A stretch of 64,000 nt of DNA from Klebsiella phage Miami. The stretch is from the sequence record MT701590.1; one strand, 5' to 3'. This document shows, piece after piece, positions 44,305-53,030 of this stretch (the first letter of the stretch is position 1; every line of letters begins with the position of its first letter). Below the pieces are notes generated by a model. The model was not told where the DNA came from. It saw nothing but the letters and a program-made list of their open reading frames with translations, and made no database searches. The position numbers were made by a program, and so were the translations under genes.

Positions 44305-45759
44305 ATGAGTACCCCTTTTCAATTTTTACAAAATGTAAAAAGCAGCCCGATGGTTCACATCGGTTTTAACTATAGTCCGCTTTTTGATATGATCAATGGC
44401 CGATTCTTTAAGGGATACGACGAACAGTATTACCTGAACGGTGGGATCATGGACAACAACGCCACAGTAGGAGGAAGCAACACGCAGAAAACCGGACAGT
44501 TGGTATTTGCCTGCCGTCGTTTCCTGCAGCGATTCCCTATGGGGGTAATCATCTATGTTGACAGCGAGTCCACGTTAGATATTGGGCGATTGGCTGATGC
44601 TGTCGATGCTGATTTCGGCATCCCTGGGTACTTCTACGATGAGATCTTCGACAAACGGTTCATCTATAAAACGAGTAAAGATGAATTCGATGGTACCGCT
44701 TTCCACAATCTCATCAAAGACGCTTACAACAACTTCAAGGACAACAAAGATAACCCGGACATGTATGTCCAAACTCCGTTCCTGGATAAAGAAAATAAAC
44801 GGATCAAATGTATTGCGCCGATCATGGTTATCTGTGATTCTTTAAGCGACCTTCGTTTCACCGAGGCTTCCGCCAAATTCACAGAAGGTGACGTGGACGA
44901 GGGTGGTAAGAAACGTACTCGTGATATGGAGTTCGGTAACCTCAAACGCGTTGTCTTTGAAGACTCCAGCAACCTGGGTGGCATCGCCGGCCTCAGACTG
45001 TGGTGGGTGGGTCAGATCGCCGACATGATTAATATGGACGGGAAGCCGATGGAGAAACAGTCCACCTTCATCCGTCCAGGTAAGAAAATCGCCAAGTGCC
45101 CTAAAGCAATTCTCCAGTTACCGAGTATCGGTTATGAGATCATTAAAGGTAGTGGGTTGAAAGTCGATCAAGAATGGATGTACCCGAATCCATTCGGTCG
45201 CGATGTTGTTATCGACGCCGACGCCAGAGAAAACCCGGATTTATTACTTTACAGCTTTACAATGTATCGTAATAAAGGCGGGAGTTCCGGACTACAATGT
45301 TCGTTCATCGGTTCTCAGTCAGACGGGATCCAGGAAGGACTGAGCATGTATCACACCATTAAAACCGACGGTTATTTCGGTTTAAGTGTGGGTAGTAAAG
45401 TCAGCCACGCTTGTGACCTCATGCCGGACCTTAAGGTTGGTCGAACCACCATTCGTAAAATCGTCAATGAGAACCACCAATTCTACAGGGCGATTACTAT
45501 CTGTTACCAGATGTGGTTCATGCAGAACTATTGGATGCGTTTGGATCACAAATACCGCATGACGCCAGCCGAATTATATGCGAAGGTGGCTGAAGCCGGT
45601 TACGACTGGACAGAACTATTGGAAAACTCCGTCGATTACTGGCATCTCAACCCGGACATCAAGAAACATACTCTGACCACCATGCAGCTGTTGGCTGTTG
45701 CGTGCGGAGAAGGTTCTATTCCGTGGGCTTCTAATCGTTTATTAAAGCAAGCGGCATAA
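44305..45759 (+). CDS. hypothetical protein (484 aa)
   Basis: Long ORF with GAGG RBS. Confidence 0.55.
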   Translation: MSTPFQFLQNVKSSPMVHIGFNYSPLFDMINGRFFKGYDEQYYLNGGIMDNNATVGGSNTQKTGQLVFACRRFLQRFPMGVIIYVDSESTLDIGRLADAVDADFGIPGYFYDEIFDKRFIYKTSKDEFDGTAFHNLIKDAYNNFKDNKDNPDMYVQTPFLDKENKRIKCIAPIMVICDSLSDLRFTEASAKFTEGDVDEGGKKRTRDMEFGNLKRVVFEDSSNLGGIAGLRLWWVGQIADMINMDGKPMEKQSTFIRPGKKIAKCPKAILQLPSIGYEIIKGSGLKVDQEWMYPNPFGRDVVIDADARENPDLLLYSFTMYRNKGGSSGLQCSFIGSQSDGIQEGLSMYHTIKTDGYFGLSVGSKVSHACDLMPDLKVGRTTIRKIVNENHQFYRAITICYQMWFMQNYWMRLDHKYRMTPAELYAKVAEAGYDWTELLENSVDYWHLNPDIKKHTLTTMQLLAVACGEGSIPWASNRLLKQAA

Positions 45760-45764
45760 TTTGA

Positions 45765-45800
45765 AGGGGAGGGAGACCTCCCCCTACTTTTATTATTTAA
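45765..45800 (+). terminator. intrinsic terminator (AGGGGAGG-gagac-CCTCCCCT plus T-rich tail)
   Basis: Hairpin followed by ACTTTTATTATTT. Confidence 0.6.
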
Positions 45801-45814
45801 GGATTATTAGGGTT

Positions 45815-46183
45815 ATGATTAAACCAGAACTAACCATTTTGATTGTCTCGGATTCTAACTTTAAGAATCTTTGTGATGACCCGACGAGTTATGTCGAAAA
45901 GCTCTACGGGATCTTAAACAATCGGTATAAGGTTCCTATCAAGATCATTACGGTCAGTGGCCGTTACGGACTCAGCGCAATCGATAGTAACATTGAGACG
46001 CTCGATGTTGAAGATCGCAATAAGACGCTGTTCACCCAAACTATCGAGAACCACGCAGCGGTATTTGACGAACTGCAGATCATTTCTTTAAGTAACATCG
46101 TGGATCCCTTTATAGAAGGTGTAGCGGACACCATGAGTGCGTTACAAAAGAACATTACTCGTTATTCGTACAAACGTAAGTAG
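45815..46183 (+). CDS. hypothetical protein
   Basis: Start placed after the terminator (track start 45761 would span it). Confidence 0.4.
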   Translation: MIKPELTILIVSDSNFKNLCDDPTSYVEKLYGILNNRYKVPIKIITVSGRYGLSAIDSNIETLDVEDRNKTLFTQTIENHAAVFDELQIISLSNIVDPFIEGVADTMSALQKNITRYSYKRK

Positions 46184-46189
46184 GTTAAC

Positions 46190-46864
46190 ATGGGTAACAG
46201 AAAAGCTGCCGAAGACGTTATTTTGGATTTCGTGGGTAAACTCACTAAAGGTGGGTTTAACCTGAAGGTCTATACCGACCTTTTTAAAAACATGAACGAC
46301 GCTCAGTTTGAACAGTTCATCGATAAGATCGATAAACAAGGCGGTATGCCGCTATGGACGTCCAACTGGGATAAGAACGAGCACATCGAATACGACACTG
46401 TCCTCGGACTAGCCAAAGAATACGGGGTAGAACTCGAGACCCAACTCATTATCACCGATGAAGACACTGGTGTAGAACTCATTACACCAGAAACTTATTT
46501 GGTCGGGATAGCCGAGATCCGTAAACAGCGTCAGATGCTCGTCAAAAAGTTTGGGGCCGCTAAAGACGATACCAGCACCGACGACTTAACGGGTCAGGTT
46601 GTTGGGGATAGCCGAGGGACAGGTATTTCCTCCCCAGAGATTAAGATCCTTATGGCGCTCGGACTCAACACCGTGGCAAAAGAGATCTACGATGTCAAAG
46701 GCGGTGATGAAAAGGCATTGGACGTTTACAGAACAGAACTCATGGAGACTGGATCAACTAACGTTAACAACGCCTTGAAGCGGGGCAGTGGTGTCAAATC
46801 CCTTCAGACCACCCACTATCTGTTTAACGCCAGACACATCGAAAACAATATCGATAAGAGGTAA
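46190..46864 (+). CDS. hypothetical protein
   Basis: 224-aa ORF. Confidence 0.5.
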   Translation: MGNRKAAEDVILDFVGKLTKGGFNLKVYTDLFKNMNDAQFEQFIDKIDKQGGMPLWTSNWDKNEHIEYDTVLGLAKEYGVELETQLIITDEDTGVELITPETYLVGIAEIRKQRQMLVKKFGAAKDDTSTDDLTGQVVGDSRGTGISSPEIKILMALGLNTVAKEIYDVKGGDEKALDVYRTELMETGSTNVNNALKRGSGVKSLQTTHYLFNARHIENNIDKR

Positions 46865-46866
46865 CG

Positions 46867-47295
46867 ATGGAACACATCAATCGAGCCGTAGAGGTCTGGG
46901 CTCAAGAATTTGCAACGCTGGCAGAAATCGACGAACTCAAAGTTCTGCAAGATGCGATCAGTAATGCGATCATTACGAAGAGCATCCTTTCTTTTGATGA
47001 AGGCGTTTCTGAGCTCGAGCAAAGTTTATCCGCCCAGCCTGAATACTACGATCAAATCCATGGTGTGATCTTCCGGCTATTGGCTGAGGTTCCTTTGGAT
47101 AAGCTTAAAGCTGAACTTAACGAGATCGTTACGGAAATGAATGAAACCGGGTATTTCAAACACTTACGCCCCACTCTGGATACTCCGATGGATGTTTTCT
47201 GTTTCGTTTTAAAGATCTACTACAAACAGATCATTGCGGAGCTGGGTCGACACATTCAAATCCCTACGAAGAAAACTCGCCCTACCAACGTGTAA
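46867..47295 (+). CDS. hypothetical protein
   Basis: 142-aa ORF. Confidence 0.45.
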   Translation: MEHINRAVEVWAQEFATLAEIDELKVLQDAISNAIITKSILSFDEGVSELEQSLSAQPEYYDQIHGVIFRLLAEVPLDKLKAELNEIVTEMNETGYFKHLRPTLDTPMDVFCFVLKIYYKQIIAELGRHIQIPTKKTRPTNV

Positions 47296-47304
47296 AGGAT
47301 TCTC

Positions 47305-48003
47305 ATGAACACGCTTAACGTTTACACCGAACTCGATTCACTTTTTGATTCCCGGCGTGCGACTTTGGAATCACTCCTCCCTAGTAATGAAACCTGGGAA
47401 GGTGTTTACGCCAAGCAGTATAAAGAACGTAAGCTGGATCTATTCGAACGAAAAGAACTCGGGATAACCCAATCCATTTACGAACAGGCTTATGACAAAA
47501 GAGACCTGTCTTTGTTCACCAACATCAAACCGACTCAAGTACTGAGCAAGCTCCTGCTGTTAGTACTGGATAGCGAACAACTGGTCGGTAAACCAATCGC
47601 TTTAAACGTCGTCAACATCACCATTAATCTTTATCCCTACGATCTTGACGAAGATTTGGTTAACGAGTTAGAAAAGAATATCAAACAAGCTTTGGTTTTC
47701 AAAAATGAACTCACTTTTGTTTCCAAACCTCCTACCGAACTCGATGCGAAATATTTTAAAAACTTTGATAACGTTTTTAAATACGACATCCTGATCGGTA
47801 AAGATTCTAAAACGTTCATGGAATCCTTAGCGAAAACTCCTATTAAAGACACGAAGTTCTTCGTACCGGATCTTTACGTTAAACAACCGGATAACGGGAT
47901 CGTTTGCTCCCCTGAAGAACTTGTTGAAAGTTTTAGTTTAGTGCTTGCGCCAGCGCTTACATTACTTTGCGTCCGACATAGCGTTTATGATTACATGGAA
48001 TAA
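47305..48003 (+). CDS. hypothetical protein
   Basis: 232-aa ORF. Confidence 0.5.
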   Translation: MNTLNVYTELDSLFDSRRATLESLLPSNETWEGVYAKQYKERKLDLFERKELGITQSIYEQAYDKRDLSLFTNIKPTQVLSKLLLLVLDSEQLVGKPIALNVVNITINLYPYDLDEDLVNELEKNIKQALVFKNELTFVSKPPTELDAKYFKNFDNVFKYDILIGKDSKTFMESLAKTPIKDTKFFVPDLYVKQPDNGIVCSPEELVESFSLVLAPALTLLCVRHSVYDYME

Positions 48004-48005
48004 CA

Positions 48006-48035
48006 GGAGAGAGGGCAATGCCCTCTCTCCCATTT
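48006..48035. terminator. bidirectional terminator (GGAGAGAGGG-caatg-CCCTCTCTCC)
   Basis: 10-bp GC-rich stem between convergent genes, T-rich on both sides. Confidence 0.6.
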
Positions 48036-48529
48036 TATACTGATGGCTTAACAATTTCACCTTCAAAGTCAACTGATATGGCGCCCATATCAAGTTCTTT
48101 GTCTTTGATCCTGCCGATATCGGCAAGTTGTGAAAGAGGAACATTAGGATCCAGGAAGGTAGGTTGACCTGGCGCGAAACTAGGAAGTTTTAATTCACCG
48201 GTGCTTAATGACTGAAGTGCGTCGACCATTTGTTTGAATGAAACTTTGTTGTCTTCATTCTCTTTTTTCTTCGCACGTTCTTTTCGATCATCCCTTACTG
48301 ATTTTTCAAGTTGGGTCAGCAAGGAGGAGATCGCTTCCAGTAGTTTAGGATCACCTGGTTTATTGGAGTAAGCCATAGAGGCGATGTCCAGTATCATACT
48401 ACGGTGCGACTGCACTGCCTGAATGAGCTGAGTCTGTTCAATATCTTCGTCAGTCGGATGGAGAGCAGCATTGATTGCAGACATCACCTTTTCTATCCGT
48501 ATCTGAACGGGTGCTTTTTCGTCCATCAT
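48035..48529 (-). CDS. hypothetical protein
   Basis: 164-aa ORF. Confidence 0.5.
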   Translation of the reverse strand: MMDEKAPVQIRIEKVMSAINAALHPTDEDIEQTQLIQAVQSHRSMILDIASMAYSNKPGDPKLLEAISSLLTQLEKSVRDDRKERAKKKENEDNKVSFKQMVDALQSLSTGELKLPSFAPGQPTFLDPNVPLSQLADIGRIKDKELDMGAISVDFEGEIVKPSV

Positions 48530-48599
48530 AATTTTTTAAACCTACATTATCTGAGTAGTGGAATAAATAAAATGTTTTTAGCCCTTAGGGAACGTTAAC

Positions 48600-49193
48600 A
48601 TGCTTAAGAAATTTTTCAACTGGCTGGGGTTTAAAAGCAAATCGATAGGTAAGGCAGATACCCCGTTAGACGTCATAGAACGCATCAGGGAAGGCTTTCT
48701 TCCTAAGAACATGCGAAGCTTAGATAAACCTTTGTCTCTTCTATACGATTTAATTAAGACGCTTCCTGAGCTGGAATACAATGATTATAAAAAGTTACAG
48801 CGTAACACAGTTAAGGTTAGATCGCTGAGTTCGTTAGACATGTTCCATCTTTTAAAATCATCGGTTTTATCCAGCCAAGCAGAATATATGGATGCGGTGC
48901 AACGTTTAAATAGTGTCGCTACCGAAAGGCCCTTTCTTCATTGGTACTCTGGAGAGGAAAGCGCTGTCGCACTTAACGAATTGTTTTTAAAACTTCTACC
49001 TAAAATAATCCTTTTCCACCAACTTAACAACCAGAGTACATTTCAGCAGAATGAAGACATGGGTGGATTTACGAATATCGAAATCCGGTTCTTTAGTTCT
49101 GTTCAGCTAAGATATATGGTCGAAGACTATATTAGCATGTTGGAAGTGTTACTCTCACATCATTTTGGAGGCTCGGTTGAAGAAGCCCACTAA
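48600..49193 (+). CDS. hypothetical protein
   Basis: 197-aa ORF. Confidence 0.45.
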   Translation: MLKKFFNWLGFKSKSIGKADTPLDVIERIREGFLPKNMRSLDKPLSLLYDLIKTLPELEYNDYKKLQRNTVKVRSLSSLDMFHLLKSSVLSSQAEYMDAVQRLNSVATERPFLHWYSGEESAVALNELFLKLLPKIILFHQLNNQSTFQQNEDMGGFTNIEIRFFSSVQLRYMVEDYISMLEVLLSHHFGGSVEEAH

Positions 49194-49593
49194 ACATCCT
49201 GTAGAACTTGAAATCTCTAAGTTGTCCAATAACTCATGTGCCGACAGTGATCTGGCCGACGAGCCCGCAAGGTTATTCCGTAAGCTTTTACGTAAACTTA
49301 ACATGAATGTTGACAAGCTCTGTTTGCTTATGAACGAATATGTTAAGTGGACCGTGACGGGAGAGGACGAGGCTGAAATCAGAAAAAGACGTTCCTACAC
49401 AATGGGGAATATTAAAGACACTTACTTTAAGAACCCCACACTGACTTTCAGCAAACTTATCGAGGGATTAAGTATCCTGAGAATGAGCAAAGTGGAAGTT
49501 ATTCTACGGGTCTACGATAAGAAAGGTAACATGACCGAGGTTTCAGAAACTGTGAGAATCATCAGTAGCCCCGACGACAAAAAAGACGATTAA
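49165..49593 (+). CDS. hypothetical protein
   Basis: 142-aa ORF overlapping upstream gene by 29 nt. Confidence 0.4.
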   Translation: MEARLKKPTKHPVELEISKLSNNSCADSDLADEPARLFRKLLRKLNMNVDKLCLLMNEYVKWTVTGEDEAEIRKRRSYTMGNIKDTYFKNPTLTFSKLIEGLSILRMSKVEVILRVYDKKGNMTEVSETVRIISSPDDKKDD

Positions 49594-49605
49594 TCTTATA
49601 GCCCG

Positions 49606-49650
49606 AATACTCCTACCTTAGGGTAGGAGTATTTAACCCTATTATTTATT
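49606..49650 (+). terminator. intrinsic terminator of the TCCTAC family (AATACTCCTACC / GGTAGGAGTATT plus T-tract)
   Basis: Hairpin followed by TATTATTTATTTTTT. Confidence 0.7.
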
Positions 49651-49665
49651 TTTTAGGATATCGTC

Positions 49666-50784
49666 ATGGACTTAAATCCCAGCACTATTTTCGACAATAT
49701 CAATTTTAATTCTCCAGTAGAAGACATCAAAAAAGAAGCGGATACTAAACTCGCTGATTTAAAAGGTAGCGTTCTTAACCCTATCAGCTCTAGTACCGCA
49801 AGGATTAAAGACGGGATCGCCCTGTTAAACAACATGGACACTAAGTTTAAGCAAGCGGTGACGGAATTTAAATCTGACGTCATGGGCGTTGCCAACAGTA
49901 TTATCGGTACCCTTCAAGATGGGTACTTCACCATTAATGAATTAGTAAGTATGGTCATAGGTGCTTATACCAGCCTGACTAATCTTGCTAACATTGGGGA
50001 CGATCTAAAATCCATACTGGGGACTAACGTCAGCAATATCGACGGGTTCTTAGATCGGTTCAGCAACATCTTCGTCAACAGCATTAACACGAAGGTAAGA
50101 GCTAGCGGGTACAAATCCAACACGGTTAGTAAAGGTGGCGAATTCCTCACCATCACTCAGAGTAATAACAATCCGTCTTCTCAAGCCATCATCGCAGCGT
50201 TGGGCAAGCTGTCAGTAGGTGATCTTCAGGATTCTTACGATAGTTCAGTTTCTACCGCGGTATACAGCACCCTCTTAGCACAAGCCGTTTCCAGTGGATT
50301 GACTTCTTCCTACGCCGATCTTTATAACAAGATCACGGATAAAACCGAAGCCGATAAGGCAGTTGTCTCAGCAATAGGTAACGCCCTTGCTAACGGCGAT
50401 CTGACTTCAATTGAAAATCTCTTAGCGTTGATTACTAACAGCGGAGCGAAACTCACTATTGGTTCCACCTATCCCAATGCTGCCGAAACCCTGTTAAGTA
50501 AATATAAACCTCTGGATTCTCAAGATGTTTCAGATTACCCGGCTATCTCCGAACAGCTGAAAACTATCTTGGTTCTCTTTGGGGGAGTGAATTGGTGGAA
50601 GGTTTACACCGCGTTAGGTTGGGTTCCTAATTTACTTATCGCTTCTAAGCTCTCAAGTAGCGTCAGAGATATTTGGATGGAAGACTCTGAACTCTTTGCA
50701 TTAGTGGCTTGCAAAGGTTTCTTTAAAGAGATGACCGCACGTAAAGCCTTCTTAACCAACTTTCCACAAACCCCGATAAGTTAA
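49666..50784 (+). CDS. hypothetical Ser/Thr/Asn-rich protein (possible virion protein)
   Basis: 372-aa ORF with compositional bias. Confidence 0.5.
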   Translation: MDLNPSTIFDNINFNSPVEDIKKEADTKLADLKGSVLNPISSSTARIKDGIALLNNMDTKFKQAVTEFKSDVMGVANSIIGTLQDGYFTINELVSMVIGAYTSLTNLANIGDDLKSILGTNVSNIDGFLDRFSNIFVNSINTKVRASGYKSNTVSKGGEFLTITQSNNNPSSQAIIAALGKLSVGDLQDSYDSSVSTAVYSTLLAQAVSSGLTSSYADLYNKITDKTEADKAVVSAIGNALANGDLTSIENLLALITNSGAKLTIGSTYPNAAETLLSKYKPLDSQDVSDYPAISEQLKTILVLFGGVNWWKVYTALGWVPNLLIASKLSSSVRDIWMEDSELFALVACKGFFKEMTARKAFLTNFPQTPIS

Positions 50785-50785
50785 A

Positions 50786-50840
50786 TAACTACCGTCTCCC
50801 AAAGGGAGACGGTAGTTATAATTAGATCATTTTTTTTTTA
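50786..50840. terminator. bidirectional terminator (TAACTACCGTCTCCC-aaa-GGGAGACGGTAGTTA plus T10)
   Basis: 15-bp stem between convergent genes, long T run. Confidence 0.75.
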
Positions 50841-52988
50841 TCTTGGGAATTGTTGGTGGAAAAGGCGTCCGACATCATTTAGGATCGAGTCGTTCACGAT
50901 ACCCGCGATATTACCCGCAGAAACAGACTGACTTATCGAGTTCTTAGCCGTGGTTAATCTCCTTGATAATTTGTTCCATCTTAAAACGGTATCAAGGTAA
51001 TCCGACCCGGATAATCTCGTAATGTAGTCGGTATATTTCCCGGTATCGATCAACATCCTGTTAACCGCTTCAGCAGGGTTCGTCATATCGAGTAAAGAGA
51101 CTGCCCTGGAGATAGGAAGCGAGACATGTTTCTCTAAATCGACAAAGGAGATATCAACGGTACAGTTCAACGGTTTACGGTCTTTCTTCCAACCACCAAC
51201 ACCTTGTCCAAAGGAGATCGTTGCGGAATCGACCATACACGTTCTCATGATGGCACGACTCTTAGAAAAGATCTTACACAGGAAGGGCGATGTGTGAGCT
51301 GAAGGACCCGCGCTTAACGGCAGAATGATCGGCATCAATAATGATAGCGGAACCCAGATATTCATCAGTTGCGAATAAGGGTGTGCGTAAGTCGCCTCAA
51401 AATAGAAACGATAAGTTTCTTTATGTAGGTTCGCTGACGATTCGGCCCAGTGATCCGGAATGTTGATATAAGAGTTGTTCATTAACGCCATGGGAATGTT
51501 AGCGATCCCTATAGAGTTAATCCCACCCATAGCGACTTCTTTCAATCCACTAATAACGCCGTCAACAACACCTACACCTGTCATGCCTCCGGCTAGATCA
51601 AAACGAAGATCGTTAGCCGCCTTTGACATACTGTTGAATTTATCCGCTACGGCTGACTGAGTGGCAGAGCTAGAGAAGTTATCCGTTACCTCACCTAAAT
51701 GTTCTACTCGCCAAGTAATAGCATCTAACCCGCCGTACCAGGAAGTCTTAACGAGATCAGCAACCTGTCCCGCCCACGAAGAGTCAGTGACGTTATCCGT
51801 AGCCGCGGTTAATCTCGCTGTAACGGATTCCAGACTCTCCGAAGCAGAGGAGAACTCACCTTGCCCAGAAGAGGCCGTGGTGGTCGTTCCGCTTCCGTCA
51901 GTATTCATTGACGAAGCATCAGATGGTGCGGTAGTCGCTGTCCCTGTCCCGGTCGTATCCGTGGTAATTGCTTGCGGGAGTATGCTCGTGTAAGCATCTT
52001 GATCGGTAAACGCCGAGGCTTTCTCCGGGTAATACCCTTCTTCTTTAGCACGATATTTACCGGTGGTGTTCAATTCCTTTTGCATCAACTCATTGACACC
52101 ATACTGTTTCCCAGAGAGAGTTTCGGCATTGAACTGGATGTTTTTGGCAATATCTGCCATCGCATCGTATTTTTCCTGAGCGGAGTTAATGATGCGTTCG
52201 TTGAGCTTCTCAATTTCGGATAAGAACTTCCGATATTTCCTCGTCCCTAGTGAGACCAGTCGAATAACGTCTATTGTTCCGTCGTCGTTAATACAGTCCG
52301 GAAATAATGCGTTTAATCGCGCTATTTCATTATAGTAATTCCCGGCTTCTTCTGGGTCAACACCATTGATAGGTGCTCCTGGCGGTTTCTTAATAGCAAG
52401 AACGGGTTTTATAAATCCTTGAGCTGTAGCAACGTCGTTTAAGAAGTTATTAGCTGCAGTCAGGTACATCCCCATGCTAGGCTTCACGTAATAATACTGA
52501 TTGCGCGGGGTATCCATGAGGAAGTCTAAGAACGTCATCCCGATACTGATCAGCTGGATGGGCCAGAATGCCAAAGTCCCTAACCCCTGACCGAAGTAGA
52601 AAGCCAGGCTGGGGCTACGACCTTTATTAGCCTGAATAGCCGCTACTGGGTCGAACATGCGTTCTAAGAAAGTCAGTATCCCTGTGAATTCCGGAACCCC
52701 AACAGTGATAGTAAGAAGAGACGCATTATCGTCATAGATCTTCTTATACTGTGTTCCCATCCCGCCGTATGAGGAAGACAAAAATTGGGAATAACGCGGG
52801 TCTGTTGCCGGTCCAAATTGAGGGACTGGGTTGATGTACCGATTATCCCCAATCGCACTACTGAAAAAGTTGTAATAAAGGTCTTTGTTAAGGTGATCTC
52901 GGATAGTGACGTTATCTATCCCAGTGCACATTAATTTGAAAGACTTAGCGATGAGATTTCTATCTCGTAAAGATATGCTGTTAGCCAC
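50838..52988 (-). CDS. hypothetical large protein (716 aa), likely virion-associated
   Basis: Adjacent to and co-oriented with the giant virion-type gene; Thr/Ser/Gly-rich central region. Confidence 0.5.
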   Translation of the reverse strand: MANSISLRDRNLIAKSFKLMCTGIDNVTIRDHLNKDLYYNFFSSAIGDNRYINPVPQFGPATDPRYSQFLSSSYGGMGTQYKKIYDDNASLLTITVGVPEFTGILTFLERMFDPVAAIQANKGRSPSLAFYFGQGLGTLAFWPIQLISIGMTFLDFLMDTPRNQYYYVKPSMGMYLTAANNFLNDVATAQGFIKPVLAIKKPPGAPINGVDPEEAGNYYNEIARLNALFPDCINDDGTIDVIRLVSLGTRKYRKFLSEIEKLNERIINSAQEKYDAMADIAKNIQFNAETLSGKQYGVNELMQKELNTTGKYRAKEEGYYPEKASAFTDQDAYTSILPQAITTDTTGTGTATTAPSDASSMNTDGSGTTTTASSGQGEFSSASESLESVTARLTAATDNVTDSSWAGQVADLVKTSWYGGLDAITWRVEHLGEVTDNFSSSATQSAVADKFNSMSKAANDLRFDLAGGMTGVGVVDGVISGLKEVAMGGINSIGIANIPMALMNNSYINIPDHWAESSANLHKETYRFYFEATYAHPYSQLMNIWVPLSLLMPIILPLSAGPSAHTSPFLCKIFSKSRAIMRTCMVDSATISFGQGVGGWKKDRKPLNCTVDISFVDLEKHVSLPISRAVSLLDMTNPAEAVNRMLIDTGKYTDYITRLSGSDYLDTVLRWNKLSRRLTTAKNSISQSVSAGNIAGIVNDSILNDVGRLFHQQFPR

Positions 52989-53030
52989 GCCGTGTCTCCT
53001 GATTGGTGGGGCTTTCGCCCCACCGTATGG

